A stretch of 64,000 bases of DNA. It comes from Psammoneis japonica. Taxonomy: Eukaryota. This document shows, in pieces, positions 12,588-22,870 of this stretch (positions are counted from its first letter, which is position 1; each line of letters begins with the position of its first letter). The notes under the pieces are model-generated. The model saw only the letters and a program-made list of their open reading frames with translations. It did not search any database and was not told the origin of the DNA. A program made the position numbers and the translations under genes. The stretch lies in the NCBI GenBank assembly GCA_008632985.1, contig QPGO01000013.1, positions 186,001-250,000 on the forward strand, given 5' to 3'.

Positions 12588-14498
12588 ATGGTTCTCACGC
12601 AACAGCAACAAACCAAAAGCTTCAAACACATTCTAGGCACTGTGCTCAATCAAGACGATGACAGCCCTCTTCGTTCTGCCCTGTCCATCAATGGGATTGA
12701 ATCGTGTGAGGAATTGTTCAGGTTCTCACCCACCCAAATTGATGCCCTCACTTGCAGAGACGGCGCCAATGCAGTGCCTTTGCCACGGACCCACAGAAAC
12801 CTCCTGGCAGCTTTGATCAGCTTCTACTTTGTCAAAGTTTGCAACGGTGATGATGTGACCAATGAACCCCAGTTGCTCGCACCCGACGAATTTCGCAACT
12901 GCCGCCTTGGTCCGGACTGCTTGACCTCTCTAGCCACTGGCGCAGCACCCTCCGCACCTGTGCCGAGTCCCTTGCCATCCAAACCAGGTGAACCCAGTGC
13001 CATTTTGACACCAGCCTTGCACTGTGCCGCCACTCAGGTGTCCCCCAGAAGTGGTGCCAGTCGCGCCCCGCATGTCTTGACCAACCCGCCTGCAAGCAAC
13101 CTCGGCCCAGTGCAGGATTGCAGCCCTTGCACAGGCCCGCACTTCGAGACCAGTTGGGACACTCCACCCATGGCTTCCAAAGCTGCAGTCTTTGCACCCC
13201 GCAAACCACGTGCTGCCAACCTCCACGTGTCGACTGCTGTCACCCTTCACAGTCTTCGTTTGGGAAGTGATGGAGATGACAACTTGCTTCTCGCATCTCC
13301 TGATGGGGAGCCTCCTTTTCCCGTCATTGAATCTGTTCACAACAGTTCAACCGGTTCATCAGATGGGGAGTTCAGGACATCCAAGCAGCTTCGTTGTCTT
13401 CGGATCCTCCAAGCATCGCACCATGAGACCAGGCCTCCTGACTGGATGCTCCAAGTCTCGCACCTCGAGACTGGGCCTCCTGATTGGATGCCTCAAGTCT
13501 CGCACCTCGAGACCAGGCCTCCTGATTGGATGCCTCAAGTGTCGTGCCTCGAGACTGGGCCTCCTGGTTGGATCCCCCAAGTCTCGTACCTCGAGACTGG
13601 GCCTCCTGATTGGATGCCCCAAGTCTCGTACCTCGAGACCAGGTCTCCTGATTGGATGTCCCAAGTCTCGCACCTCGAGACTGGGCCTCCTGATTGGATG
13701 CCTCAAGTCTCGTGCCTCGAGACTGGGCCTCCTGATTGGATGCCTCAAGTCTCGTGCATCGAGACTGGGCCTCCTGATCAGATGCCCCAAGTCTCGTGCC
13801 TTGAGACCAGGCCTCCCAACTGGACTCTCCACGTCTCGTGCCTCGAGACCGGGCCTCCCAATTGGATCCTCCATGTCTCATGCCTCAGGACTCGGCCTCC
13901 GGATTGGATCCCTCAAGTCTTGCGCCACGAGACTCGGCCTCCTGATTGGATCCCCCAAGTCTCGCACCTCAAGACTTGGCCTCCTGATTGGATCCCCGAA
14001 GACTCGTGTCACAAGACTGGCAAGTCCTTTTGGATCCCAGAAGTCTTGCAGCATGGGACTGGTTGCCCCAATCAGACATCTGCAGCCTTGCACCACAAGA
14101 TGTCTTGCTCCAATCCGATCCCCAAAGGCTTGCACCTTGAGACTCATTTCTCCAATTGGATCAGTCTCTCAGGAGATGCAGTCGGATTGGCAGAACACAA
14201 GACCACCGCTTGTGCCTTTGAACTCATGCTTGCTCTGTTCCCCGAGTCGTGCAAATGCCATGCCGCCTGCAATGTTGCCCCACCGTTCAACATTGTCAAC
14301 CAGACCAAGCTTTGCTCCTTCCATTGCAAGTGCGGATGTGGAATCCCACAAGATCCCAAGTGTGCCTTGAGCTTTGAAAAGCACAACGGCATCTGCAATT
14401 GGGGAGATGCAGCTCATCTCAAGATGACCCACTTGGAGAATGCAACGTTGCTCTCGGATCTTGATCCTTTCTTGTCTCCTCATGTTTTGGTGCTTTGA
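12588..14498 (+). pseudogene. Chimeric gag-like N-terminus / 14-aa repeat / pol remnant ORF of the copia element
   Basis: MVLTQQQQTKSFKHILGTVLNQDDDSPLRSAL resembles CoDi gag N-termini. NQTKLCSFHCKCGCGIPQDPKCALSFEKHNGICNW resembles the YKYGxxVP...NGNxxW segment preceding copia RT, with Tyr->Cys changes. Recognition is from memory, not a search. Confidence 0.65.
13434..14021 (+). repeat. 42-bp tandem repeat (PPDWMPQVS[Y/H/C]LET[G/R]), ~14 copies plus a degenerate tail
   Basis: Unit cctcctgattggatgcctcaagtctcgtgcctcgagactggg seen directly. Confidence 0.95.
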
Positions 14499-15700
14499 CT
14501 CCAAAGTTCTTTGGTCAATCCGAAGTCGAATCTGTTTCTGTGGCTCCTCAAGCAAACTGGGGAGTGACAGGATTTGAACAGGATTCAGGTGCGTGCGAAA
14601 TGTCGCGCGCTGTTTAGTTCACCGCGCACAGTTTTGTGTGCTTTAGTTCCGCGCGTTCGCGCGCGATGTAGTTTGCTTTCGAGCCACAAGGCTCACAAGA
14701 ATGACAACAGCAGCCCGATCACACCGACTCACACGTCTTTCGGCTCCTGTGACGGTCTCTGAGCAGAGACTCATCTGCCATTTAGACAGCAGTGAGGAGT
14801 TGTTGTTTGAATTCTTGCCATTTGCCTTCAATTTCTGTCACTCCTGATTGGATCCCCGAAGACTCGTGTCACAAGACTGGCAAGTCCTTTTGGATCCCAG
14901 AAGTCTTGCAGCATGGGACTGGTTGCCCCAATCAGACATCTGCAGCCTTGCACCACAAGATGTCTTGCTCCAATCTGATCCCCAAAGGCTTGCACCTTGA
15001 GACTCGTTTCTCCAATTGGATCAGTCTCTCAGGAGATGCAGTTGGATTGGTGGAACACAAGACCACCGCTTGTGCCTTTGAACTCATGCTTGCTCTGTTC
15101 CCTGAGTCGTGCAAACGCCATGCCACCTGCAATGTTGCCCCACCGTTCAACATTGTCAACCAGACCAAGCTTTGCTCCTTCCACTGCAAGTGCGGATGTG
15201 GAATCCCACAAGATCCCAAGTGTGCCTTGAGCTTTGAAAAGCACAACGGCATCTGCAATTGGGGAGACGCAGCTCATCTCAAGATGACCCACTTGGAGAA
15301 TGCAACGTTGCTCTCGGATCTTGATCCTTTCTTGTCTCCTCATGTTTTGGTGCTTTGACTCCAAAGTTCTTTGGTCAATCCGAAGTCGAATCTGTTTCTG
15401 TGGCTCCTCAAGCAAACTGGGGAGTGACAGGATTTGAACAGGATTCAGGTGCGTGCGAAATGTCGCGCGCTGTTTAGTTCACCGCGCACAGTTTTGTGTG
15501 CTTTAGTTCCGTGCGTTCGCACGTGATTCAGTTTGCTTTCGAGCCACAAGGCTCACAAGAACAATGACAGCAGCCCGATCATGCCAACTTGCACGTCTTT
15601 TGGCTCCTGCAACGGTCTCTGAGCGGAGACTCATCTGCCATTTAGACAGCAGCAAGGAGCTGTTGTTTGAATTCTTGCCATTTGCCTTCAATTTCTGTCA
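13981..15700 (+). repeat. 860-bp tandem duplication (13981-14840 / 14841-15700), each unit ending in an LTR
   Basis: Both units start ctcctgattggatccccgaagactcgtgtc and end atttctgtca. Confidence 0.95.
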
Positions 15701-17706
15701 GCGATGCTTTTCAGCACAGAGCTTTGGAGGCATTGGAGTGTGCTTTGGGTGACTTGACTGGCACAACTCTGTCAAAATGCTTTTTCAGGTCTTCTCCTTT
15801 AAACTGAAGCAAGTCCTGTCATTCATCCCAGAAGCCCTTCCTCTCTTTTGACTGCTGGCAGGTGCTGCAACAAAAGATGTGCCACCTTTGTCAGTGTGAG
15901 GCAACTTGTTGCACTCCATCAGCAGTTTTCTTGGTGTGCTTGAGTGGGGTGAGCTCTTTTTCCACTTTCAGCACTCATCACATCTGATGGAGCCACAGAA
16001 GCCAAAATGGCTGCAGTGGCTGTGATGAGGAGTCTTGCAGCATGTGCTTCCAGAAGGGCGTGGTGCAAATCACTGGACCACAAGGACACATTGCCACATG
16101 AGCCCAAAATGCAATGGAGCAAATCAAATGCATGGAAACAGCTCACAGAAAAGTCATTCCAACTGCTTTGGTTGAGATCCAAGTCAAGCCATCATGCACA
16201 ATTGACGTGACATTGTTCCAGCATGCCAAACAATGAGGATGAGATGTGAGGCAGACTGGTCATGCCCAGCTGCAAGGGTGCACAAAGAAACAATTTAAGT
16301 GCAACACAGTGGACCACAGCTGTTGCGCAGAAGTCATTCCAGGTGATTTTGTTGAGCTCTGTGCAGAGCTGTTGTGAACAATCATCTCAGCACATTTCAA
16401 CAAGAACAAGGTGCAAGATTGACACTAGATTGATCATGCTCAACTTTCAACTGCAAGTGCGTGCACAAACAAATGATTCAAGCACATGACAACAGCCCAC
16501 AATTGTCAAGCAGAAACCACCCCAGGTGATTTTGTTGAGTCCAAAGTCAAGCTGTCATGCGCCGTCAATGTGAGGTTCCTGCTTCCTGCTCCTGTGCCAC
16601 TGTGCAGTCACAAGGACACTCCCTCAATCCACAACTCAGCCCACATCACTCATGAAGCATCAGCGCTGTGAACAACAGAGTGGCAACACCTTGCTCTAGA
16701 ACATGAGAGATGAAACAAACAACTGCAAGAAACACAAGGATAGACACCACCGCCACAGACCATCAAAAACATGGTGACACTGCACCACAAAAAGCACAAA
16801 CACAAAACTCAACACACTGAATTTTCTCTCACCACAACAACAAAACACACGCACATCAGCCATCATGGGATGGGGATTGTGGGCAGCACCATGGAGCCAA
16901 TTGTCTTTAAAATGAGTGTCACAGAGATGAGCACCATTTTCACCATTGATGGTGTTTGGGCTGTGCTCTTGTGATTGGAAATGCACCAGAAGCCGTGCAG
17001 CATGGTGCAACTGTGATTGATTTTGGGTGGATGAGCTGCCAGCAAAATCTCCAGAAAATGAAAATGAGGTGACATGCATCTGCGGGGTGTGAGACCCCTC
17101 ATGGCTCTTTGAAGCAATGTTTTTTTCAGTGGAAGAATGCATCCATTGATTGCTGGGAAGACACAGCAAGTCAACAAAAAGAACAACAGCAGTGTGGCGC
17201 CAGCACGGGTGTGTTGTTTTTGTGTTTTTTCATGCATGTGATCTTGCTGTGTGAGGCACCATCACATCTGCAGCATCATTTGTTTGAGTTGGGAGTGTTG
17301 CAGATGTGGGTGCAAATTTTTGATGCACAGTGCATGCCAGAGTGCAAGAAAGGTGGCCCAGCCATCTTGTGGCATGACTGGGTTTGTGGTGAGCTTGCCA
17401 ACCTTTTGACAAAAAATCCACCAAGCCCTCTTTGGTGGCTTGCAATGAACCCTTGATTGACCCTGGCAATGACTCAAGGAGCCCAAAAGATGACAATGGC
17501 AAAAAGAGCAACAAACAAGCCACAGTTGCCAAGAACCTCAGGAAGTTGACAGATGGCAACACAGGCAACACATCCCAGTGCATGGTTGGTGGGAAAGGTC
17601 TGCAGATGCCACAATTCAAATTGGCAACAGTGGATGACATGTGTGCCAGCAAGAAAGAGTGGGAGAAGCTCATCTGTCTGGGTCTATCCATCATCTGCAG
17701 AGCAGG
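15701..17706. other. Hypermutated degenerate sequence of unrecognised origin
   Basis: TA and CG depleted; no confidently recognisable protein. Confidence 0.6.
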
Positions 17707-18085
17707 TGCACTATGCTCGAAGAACGAGTGTAAACGAAAGTAGAATGAAGTTCAAAAGGTGAAAATTATGAGAATTGTTTCCACGCAATCATTTTGGGTT
17801 TCTCCGAACGGGTTCTCAACAGCCTAAACCTTTTGTGCTGCTCCTACAGACAAAAGGCCTTTCGGAGAATATGATCGTGACAACAGATTGTCCGGATACG
17901 ATTGACATTGACACATAAGATGTCAACATCATCGTACGATCGCATTTGCGATTCTCGACATCCGATCACTTCTGTGTGATTGATCTGTACTTCGTACGAA
18001 CCCACGATTGACGTACGATTGAAATATACTTTTATTTAATATATAGATATACATATATAGTACGTACATGACAACGCATATTGCA
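17707..18085 (-). repeat. Gypsy 3' LTR
   Basis: Direct repeat of 22488-22866. Confidence 0.95.
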
Positions 18086-18099
18086 TTCGCCTCCCTAAT

Positions 18100-21000
18100 T
18101 GCACATTAGAGTCAGTCGTTAAACGGTATTATTCGACGAATATTGACAGTGTCAATAACGTTACCGCGTTTGATCTGTACTGTGCCATTAGTATGTACCG
18201 TTGTTATTACATACGGTCCAACATAGGGCTGTTCTAATTTTGCGAGTCTTTCTCGAGTAGTATCTTTTCTCCTACTCTGTACGTGTAAGGAGTACGTCGA
18301 GCATTCTCTCGAGCGTTATTTTTATTTATGATTTCTTGTTTTCGCTGCTGGATTAATTTCCAGTCCGCGACATGTGGACGTTAAATATCATGTCTCTATT
18401 GAAGACTAGTTGTCCTGGTGTAGCTTGCGTAGTGGTATGATACGTAGAACGTACCGCAAATGCTACTGCTGATAGCATTCCAGCGAAAGGATCCTCAGCA
18501 TCTAGAGGTGTATGTTGCAAATCAAATGTACGGAGCATGTTCCCCAGCACTTGATGTACGCGTTCAATAATTGCGTTTGCTTGTGGATTTCGTGTAGTTA
18601 TAGGCTTGACTTTAATGCCATAATCATCTTGCACCATTTCTCTAAATTGGTGTCCGATGAACTCACTTCCACGGTCACATGCAGTTGACGATGGCCAAGG
18701 ATGTCTGCTTGGCCATGTTCGTTCTAATTGTGGACTCCTCATTTGGGATTTCCACAACTTCAAACCATCCGGTTGCTGGATCGATCACAGTTAAACATTT
18801 CAGGACTGAGGGTTTTTTCTTTCCCTTGCGACGCATTTTGTGTGGCCCAATGAGGTCCACACACAGTCGTTCCCATGGTGCGGATTCTGCACACTTGGGA
18901 GGTAAATGTCCACATTTCTTGTGTTTCTTTTTGAATTTTTGGCACGTCTCACATCTCGACACGTATTTTCGTATGTCTTCATGTGAGGTGGACCACCACA
19001 GGTGTTGTGAGATTGTTTCTTCTGTTCGATTTGTGCCAGGGTGAAGAAGGCATGTGTGGTGCCAATCTGTCACTGCCTTTTGTAACGTCCTCGGGACGAC
19101 AATTTTGTCCTTGTGACATGTGAGCAACCGGTCTCGCTCGCCTCCACGAAAAGTCTTCATGTGAAACGTCTCATTTGACAATTGGGAGAGAATGTCTTTG
19201 TCCCGTTTTTGTTCATGATCAAGAACTTTGTAATTTAACGGAAAGACATTGTCGCAGGATTTTGGTGGGACCTTTTCAGCTGGCTCTTCTGTGCTGAGGG
19301 TTTCCATGGGTTCTATTTTCTTCATGGCAAGTCGGCCAATCGCGTCTGCGACAACATTTGCCTTGCCCTCAAGGCACATCATTTCGGGACTGCACTCTTC
19401 TGTTGTTAGACGCCAACGCATGACTCTGTCCGTTGTGAAATTTTTGTGTGTGAGATTTTTGTGATCCGTGCACATGTTCATCTGTTGGCCAAACAGCATG
19501 TTTCGGAACTCTTTTAACGTCTCCACCATGGACAATGGCTCTTTTTCCATTGCAGTGTAACGCGTCTGCGCTCCATTCAGCTTGTGGCTGTAGAAGGCAA
19601 TTGGTCGGTTTTTCTGAGTAACAACCGCCCCCAATTGAGATTTACTGGCATCGGCACATGTCTCAAAGGGTGTGTTAAAATTCGGGTGTGACAACAGCAC
19701 ATCTTTGGAGATGATGCGCTTCACATTTTCGAAGGCTTTTTGTTCTGTTTCGGTCCATTGCCACTTTGCTTGGGTAGAAGTGAGTTTGGCCAAGGGAGCT
19801 AAAACATGAGATCGTCGAGGCCACATGTCTCGACAGCAGTTGATCACACCGATGAAGCGTCGCAATTCCTTGCGAGTTTTAGGAGTTGCGATCGCGTGAA
19901 TCGCTTCTACTTTTTTTGGAATCGGACTGATGCCCTTGCGGGTGACATGAAAGCCCAGATGGTCTACTTCGGGTTTAGCGAAAAAGGACTTCTCGGCATT
20001 GACCTTCAATCCGGCTTGTTCTAGGCGCAAGAACACCGTTTCAAGCTTCTTGAGGTGGTCTTGAAAATCACCTTTTGTGAGACACAACACATCGTCAACA
20101 CAAGTTCTGACGAACTCCAGACCTGCCATGAGCTCACTCATGTGCTCTTGGAAAATATCTGGAGCTCCACAGATTCCCATCGGGAGTCTACAGCACTCAC
20201 ATTTGCCCCAAGGCATGACAATCGTGCACAAGCGACGTGCGTGCGGCGTCAATTCGACATGATGGTGTCCCATGTTTAAATCTAGGGACGTTGCGTGCAT
20301 GAAGCCTTCAAGCTTCTGCAGCACATCCTGAATGTTGGGCAGAGGAAACGGAGTGCGAATTAACCTCTCATTTGGCTCTCGAAAGTCGGGTGAGAACCGA
20401 ACTCCACCATTTTTCTTGGGTTGAACAAAGGTTGGAGCCGCCCATTCAGAACAATTTATTTTTCTTAAGACTTTCAACTTGCACAGTCTTTCAACCTCCT
20501 TACGAGCAGTCGCCTCCAAGGCTTGTGGTGCGGGAAATGGTTTGGCATGATGCGGACTCATGCCCGATTTCAACTTTAAATCCACCGGTTTCCCGGTCCA
20601 TTTGCCCAGAGAACCATCGAAAAGGTTTTCAAATCTTTTTAAGAGGAAGTTCAGCTGCTTCTGCTCTTCAGGAGTTAGATGAGCAGCTGCTGCAGTCACA
20701 TTGTTGAGGTTTGCAGCGTGATGGTCTGAGTCAAGGATCCGATTGACCCTGTCATTAAGACCAATCACTGCATGAGATTCCTCAATGTGATCGGCAATCA
20801 ACTTAAAAACATCGGCATCGAAGAGTGTGTCAACATTCTTCATGGGAGCAGTTGCATCTTCCCATTTAATTTCTTCATTCGAGAAGTCCAACATTGTCCC
20901 AAGACTTGACATTAAGTCGCGTCCCATGATCACATCATAACGACTCGAAGAAGAAGGGGAGTCATCAACATGTGCCGTTGTTTCAATCATCTTATGTTCA

Positions 21001-21296
21001 TCAAATTCGGGCAAGGAGAATTGGATCTTACATCGACTGTCAGTCGTGAAGAGCCCTCCTTTGGTTTCCCAGAGTTTGGTGGCGGATGCTTTTGTTCTGA
21101 GTTTCCGCGTGAATTTGCGCAAAATTATGGTTGATGATGTTCCGCCATCGAGGAGAACGCGCAGAGGCTTATTTTTCGCCTTGCCCAATGAAGTGTTCAC
21201 ATGGGCGACGACTGCTGGACTAGCATGAATTACTTTGGCCCTTTTTCTGGGCTTCCTAACATCCAGCAGAGCATGAGACTCCTCTTGCGGTGCAAG
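18100..21296 (-). pseudogene. pol: Gypsy pol (protease, RT, RNase H, integrase), Tyr-depleted and frameshifted in the integrase
   Basis: LLDGGTSSTI (protease), LPMG and RTCVDD (YxDD mutated), ETCADAS and CTDHKNL (RNase H), CVDLIGP, DRGSEF and NPQANAIIERVH (integrase). Frameshifts near 18730 and 18375. Confidence 0.93.
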
Positions 21297-22451
21297 TCAT
21301 TCCTCGGAATCACTGCGCGTCATTTTTTCAAACTGACAATTTTCCTCGTCAAGGGTGTCAGAATCACAATCTTTGCTCTTGTGTTTTTTATCATTGTTCG
21401 AAGAACTCGCTTTGAGTAATTTTTGAACTGCTTGGATCGCCACAGCATTCAACTCTTCTTTGCGAGCGGCGTCATCGTTGTCGCGACGAGACCACGTGCG
21501 ATTGCCATTTGAACGGCGCCGTTTCGGGTCGGGTTCATGGTTCCCACGGCGTTCTTTCGCAAGTCTTTTGATCGACCAGCACTTGTCCGTGTTATGAGTG
21601 GATTTCTCGCATGAAATGCACCACTTCTTGGACTGAGATTTTTCGGCACCATGTTGGTGACCATTTTTGGAACCACGTTGGGAACCACTCTTGGCTTTTG
21701 ATGCAGTGCCGCCACTGCCATCAGCCTTGGCATGAATGCCATCAAATGTGTCTTCTGCGACCTCTGGGCACTCCAAGAACTCAACCAGCTCGTCACAGGT
21801 ATGTTTCAAAATTTCGAAACCCTGGACGGTCGACTGACGCTGCCACTTTCGAGGTGCAAGGTTGAAGAGGATGTCCTTGAGCTCGTCGTCCTCGATCTTC
21901 TGTTCCTTCCCAAAGGGAGGATAGAACTTGAGGTCTTCGTTGACTTCCTGGACCCAAGCAGCAATTTCGCGTACTTTCATGGACTCCGGCTTCTTGAGAT
22001 CACGGCGCAAATAACGTTTCTGCACCGAAAGTGCGTTCTTGGGAAACACATGCCTCGTGAGATGTTGCAGGCATTTCTCGAAGCTTCCTTCCGCAGATTC
22101 GTCTTCAAGGTTCGCTGCCGCATTCTCGAAAGCACGCAGGGCGTCTCCTTGGAGTAACACACGCATGAGACGAAACTTGTCAGATTGCTTCCTGACATTC
22201 TGGCCCACTGGAAGTTGATCGTAGCTCTTGAGAAATTCGATGAACTTGGGGACACCTTGTTTCTTGTGGCACTCAACATTGATGGTGTAGGTACGGCTAT
22301 CCTTCTTCTCGGGATGAAAACGTTGCTCCATCTTGAGGTGCTGGCTCGGTTTGAGGCTCTTCGGCTCGGAGTTCGATTCCAGCGGTTGAGGGACGATTTT
22401 CTCCTGCCTCAACGAAGTTTTGGCGTTGGTTGCATGAGGTGAAAGCTTCAT
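21297..22451 (-). CDS. gag: Gypsy gag with Cys/His zinc knuckle
   Basis: ORF directly inside the 5' LTR; CISCEKSTHNTDKC knuckle; QKRYLRR..KP..MKVRE gag-like segment. Confidence 0.85.
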   Translation of the reverse strand: MKLSPHATNAKTSLRQEKIVPQPLESNSEPKSLKPSQHLKMEQRFHPEKKDSRTYTINVECHKKQGVPKFIEFLKSYDQLPVGQNVRKQSDKFRLMRVLLQGDALRAFENAAANLEDESAEGSFEKCLQHLTRHVFPKNALSVQKRYLRRDLKKPESMKVREIAAWVQEVNEDLKFYPPFGKEQKIEDDELKDILFNLAPRKWQRQSTVQGFEILKHTCDELVEFLECPEVAEDTFDGIHAKADGSGGTASKAKSGSQRGSKNGHQHGAEKSQSKKWCISCEKSTHNTDKCWSIKRLAKERRGNHEPDPKRRRSNGNRTWSRRDNDDAARKEELNAVAIQAVQKLLKASSSNNDKKHKSKDCDSDTLDEENCQFEKMTRSDSEE

Positions 22452-22487
22452 CTTGAACTTATTACCTTCTGTGGTGTGTATACACAA

Positions 22488-22866
22488 TGCACTATGCTCG
22501 AAGAACGAGTGTAAACGAAAGTAGAATGAAGTTCAAAAGGTGAAAATTATGAGAATCATTTCTGCGCAATCATTTTGGGTTTCTCCGAACGGGTTCTCAA
22601 CAGCCTAAACCTTTTGCACTGCTCCTACAGACAAAAGGCCTTTCGGAGAATATGATCGTGACAACAGATTGTCCGGATACGATTGATATTGACACATAAG
22701 ATGTCAACATCATCGTACGATCGCATTTGCGATTCTCGACATCCGATCACTTCTGTGTGATTGATCTGTACTTCGTACGAACCCACGATTGACGTACGAT
22801 TGAAACACACTTTTATTTAACACATAGATGTGCACATATAGTACGTACATGACAACGCATGTTGCA
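22488..22866 (-). repeat. Gypsy 5' LTR
   Basis: Direct repeat of 17707-18085. Confidence 0.95.
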
Positions 22867-22870
22867 CAGG

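Larger units (their letters stand above)
11364..15700 (+). mobile_element. Non-autonomous Ty1/copia (CoDi-like) LTR retrotransposon with three LTRs
   Basis: 276-bp TGACAG...CTGTCA LTRs at 11364, 14565 and 15425. PBS-like GATTAACAGTC at 11640, PPT actggggag before LTR2 and LTR3, and 5-bp TSD GTGAT/GCGAT. It has a gag-like start and a pre-RT pol remnant, but no RT, RNase H or integrase. Confidence 0.92.
17707..22866 (-). mobile_element. Full-length Ty3/gypsy LTR retrotransposon (mutated)
   Basis: 379-bp LTRs at 17707-18085 and 22488-22866 (TGCA...TGCA), 4-bp TSD CAGG on both sides, PPT agggaggcgaa next to the 3' LTR, and gag followed by PR-RT-RH-INT. Confidence 0.95.

Noticed and set aside
13434..14021. 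Regular short repeats as a possible CRISPR array
   Set aside because: They are contiguous 42-bp units with no unique spacers, there are no cas genes, and they lie inside a eukaryotic LTR element.
18675..21200. Alternative genetic code or RNA editing as the explanation for Tyr->Cys/His
   Set aside because: Host genes use normal Tyr codons, and the changes occur on both strands, in non-coding LTRs after insertion, and in a DNA transposon.
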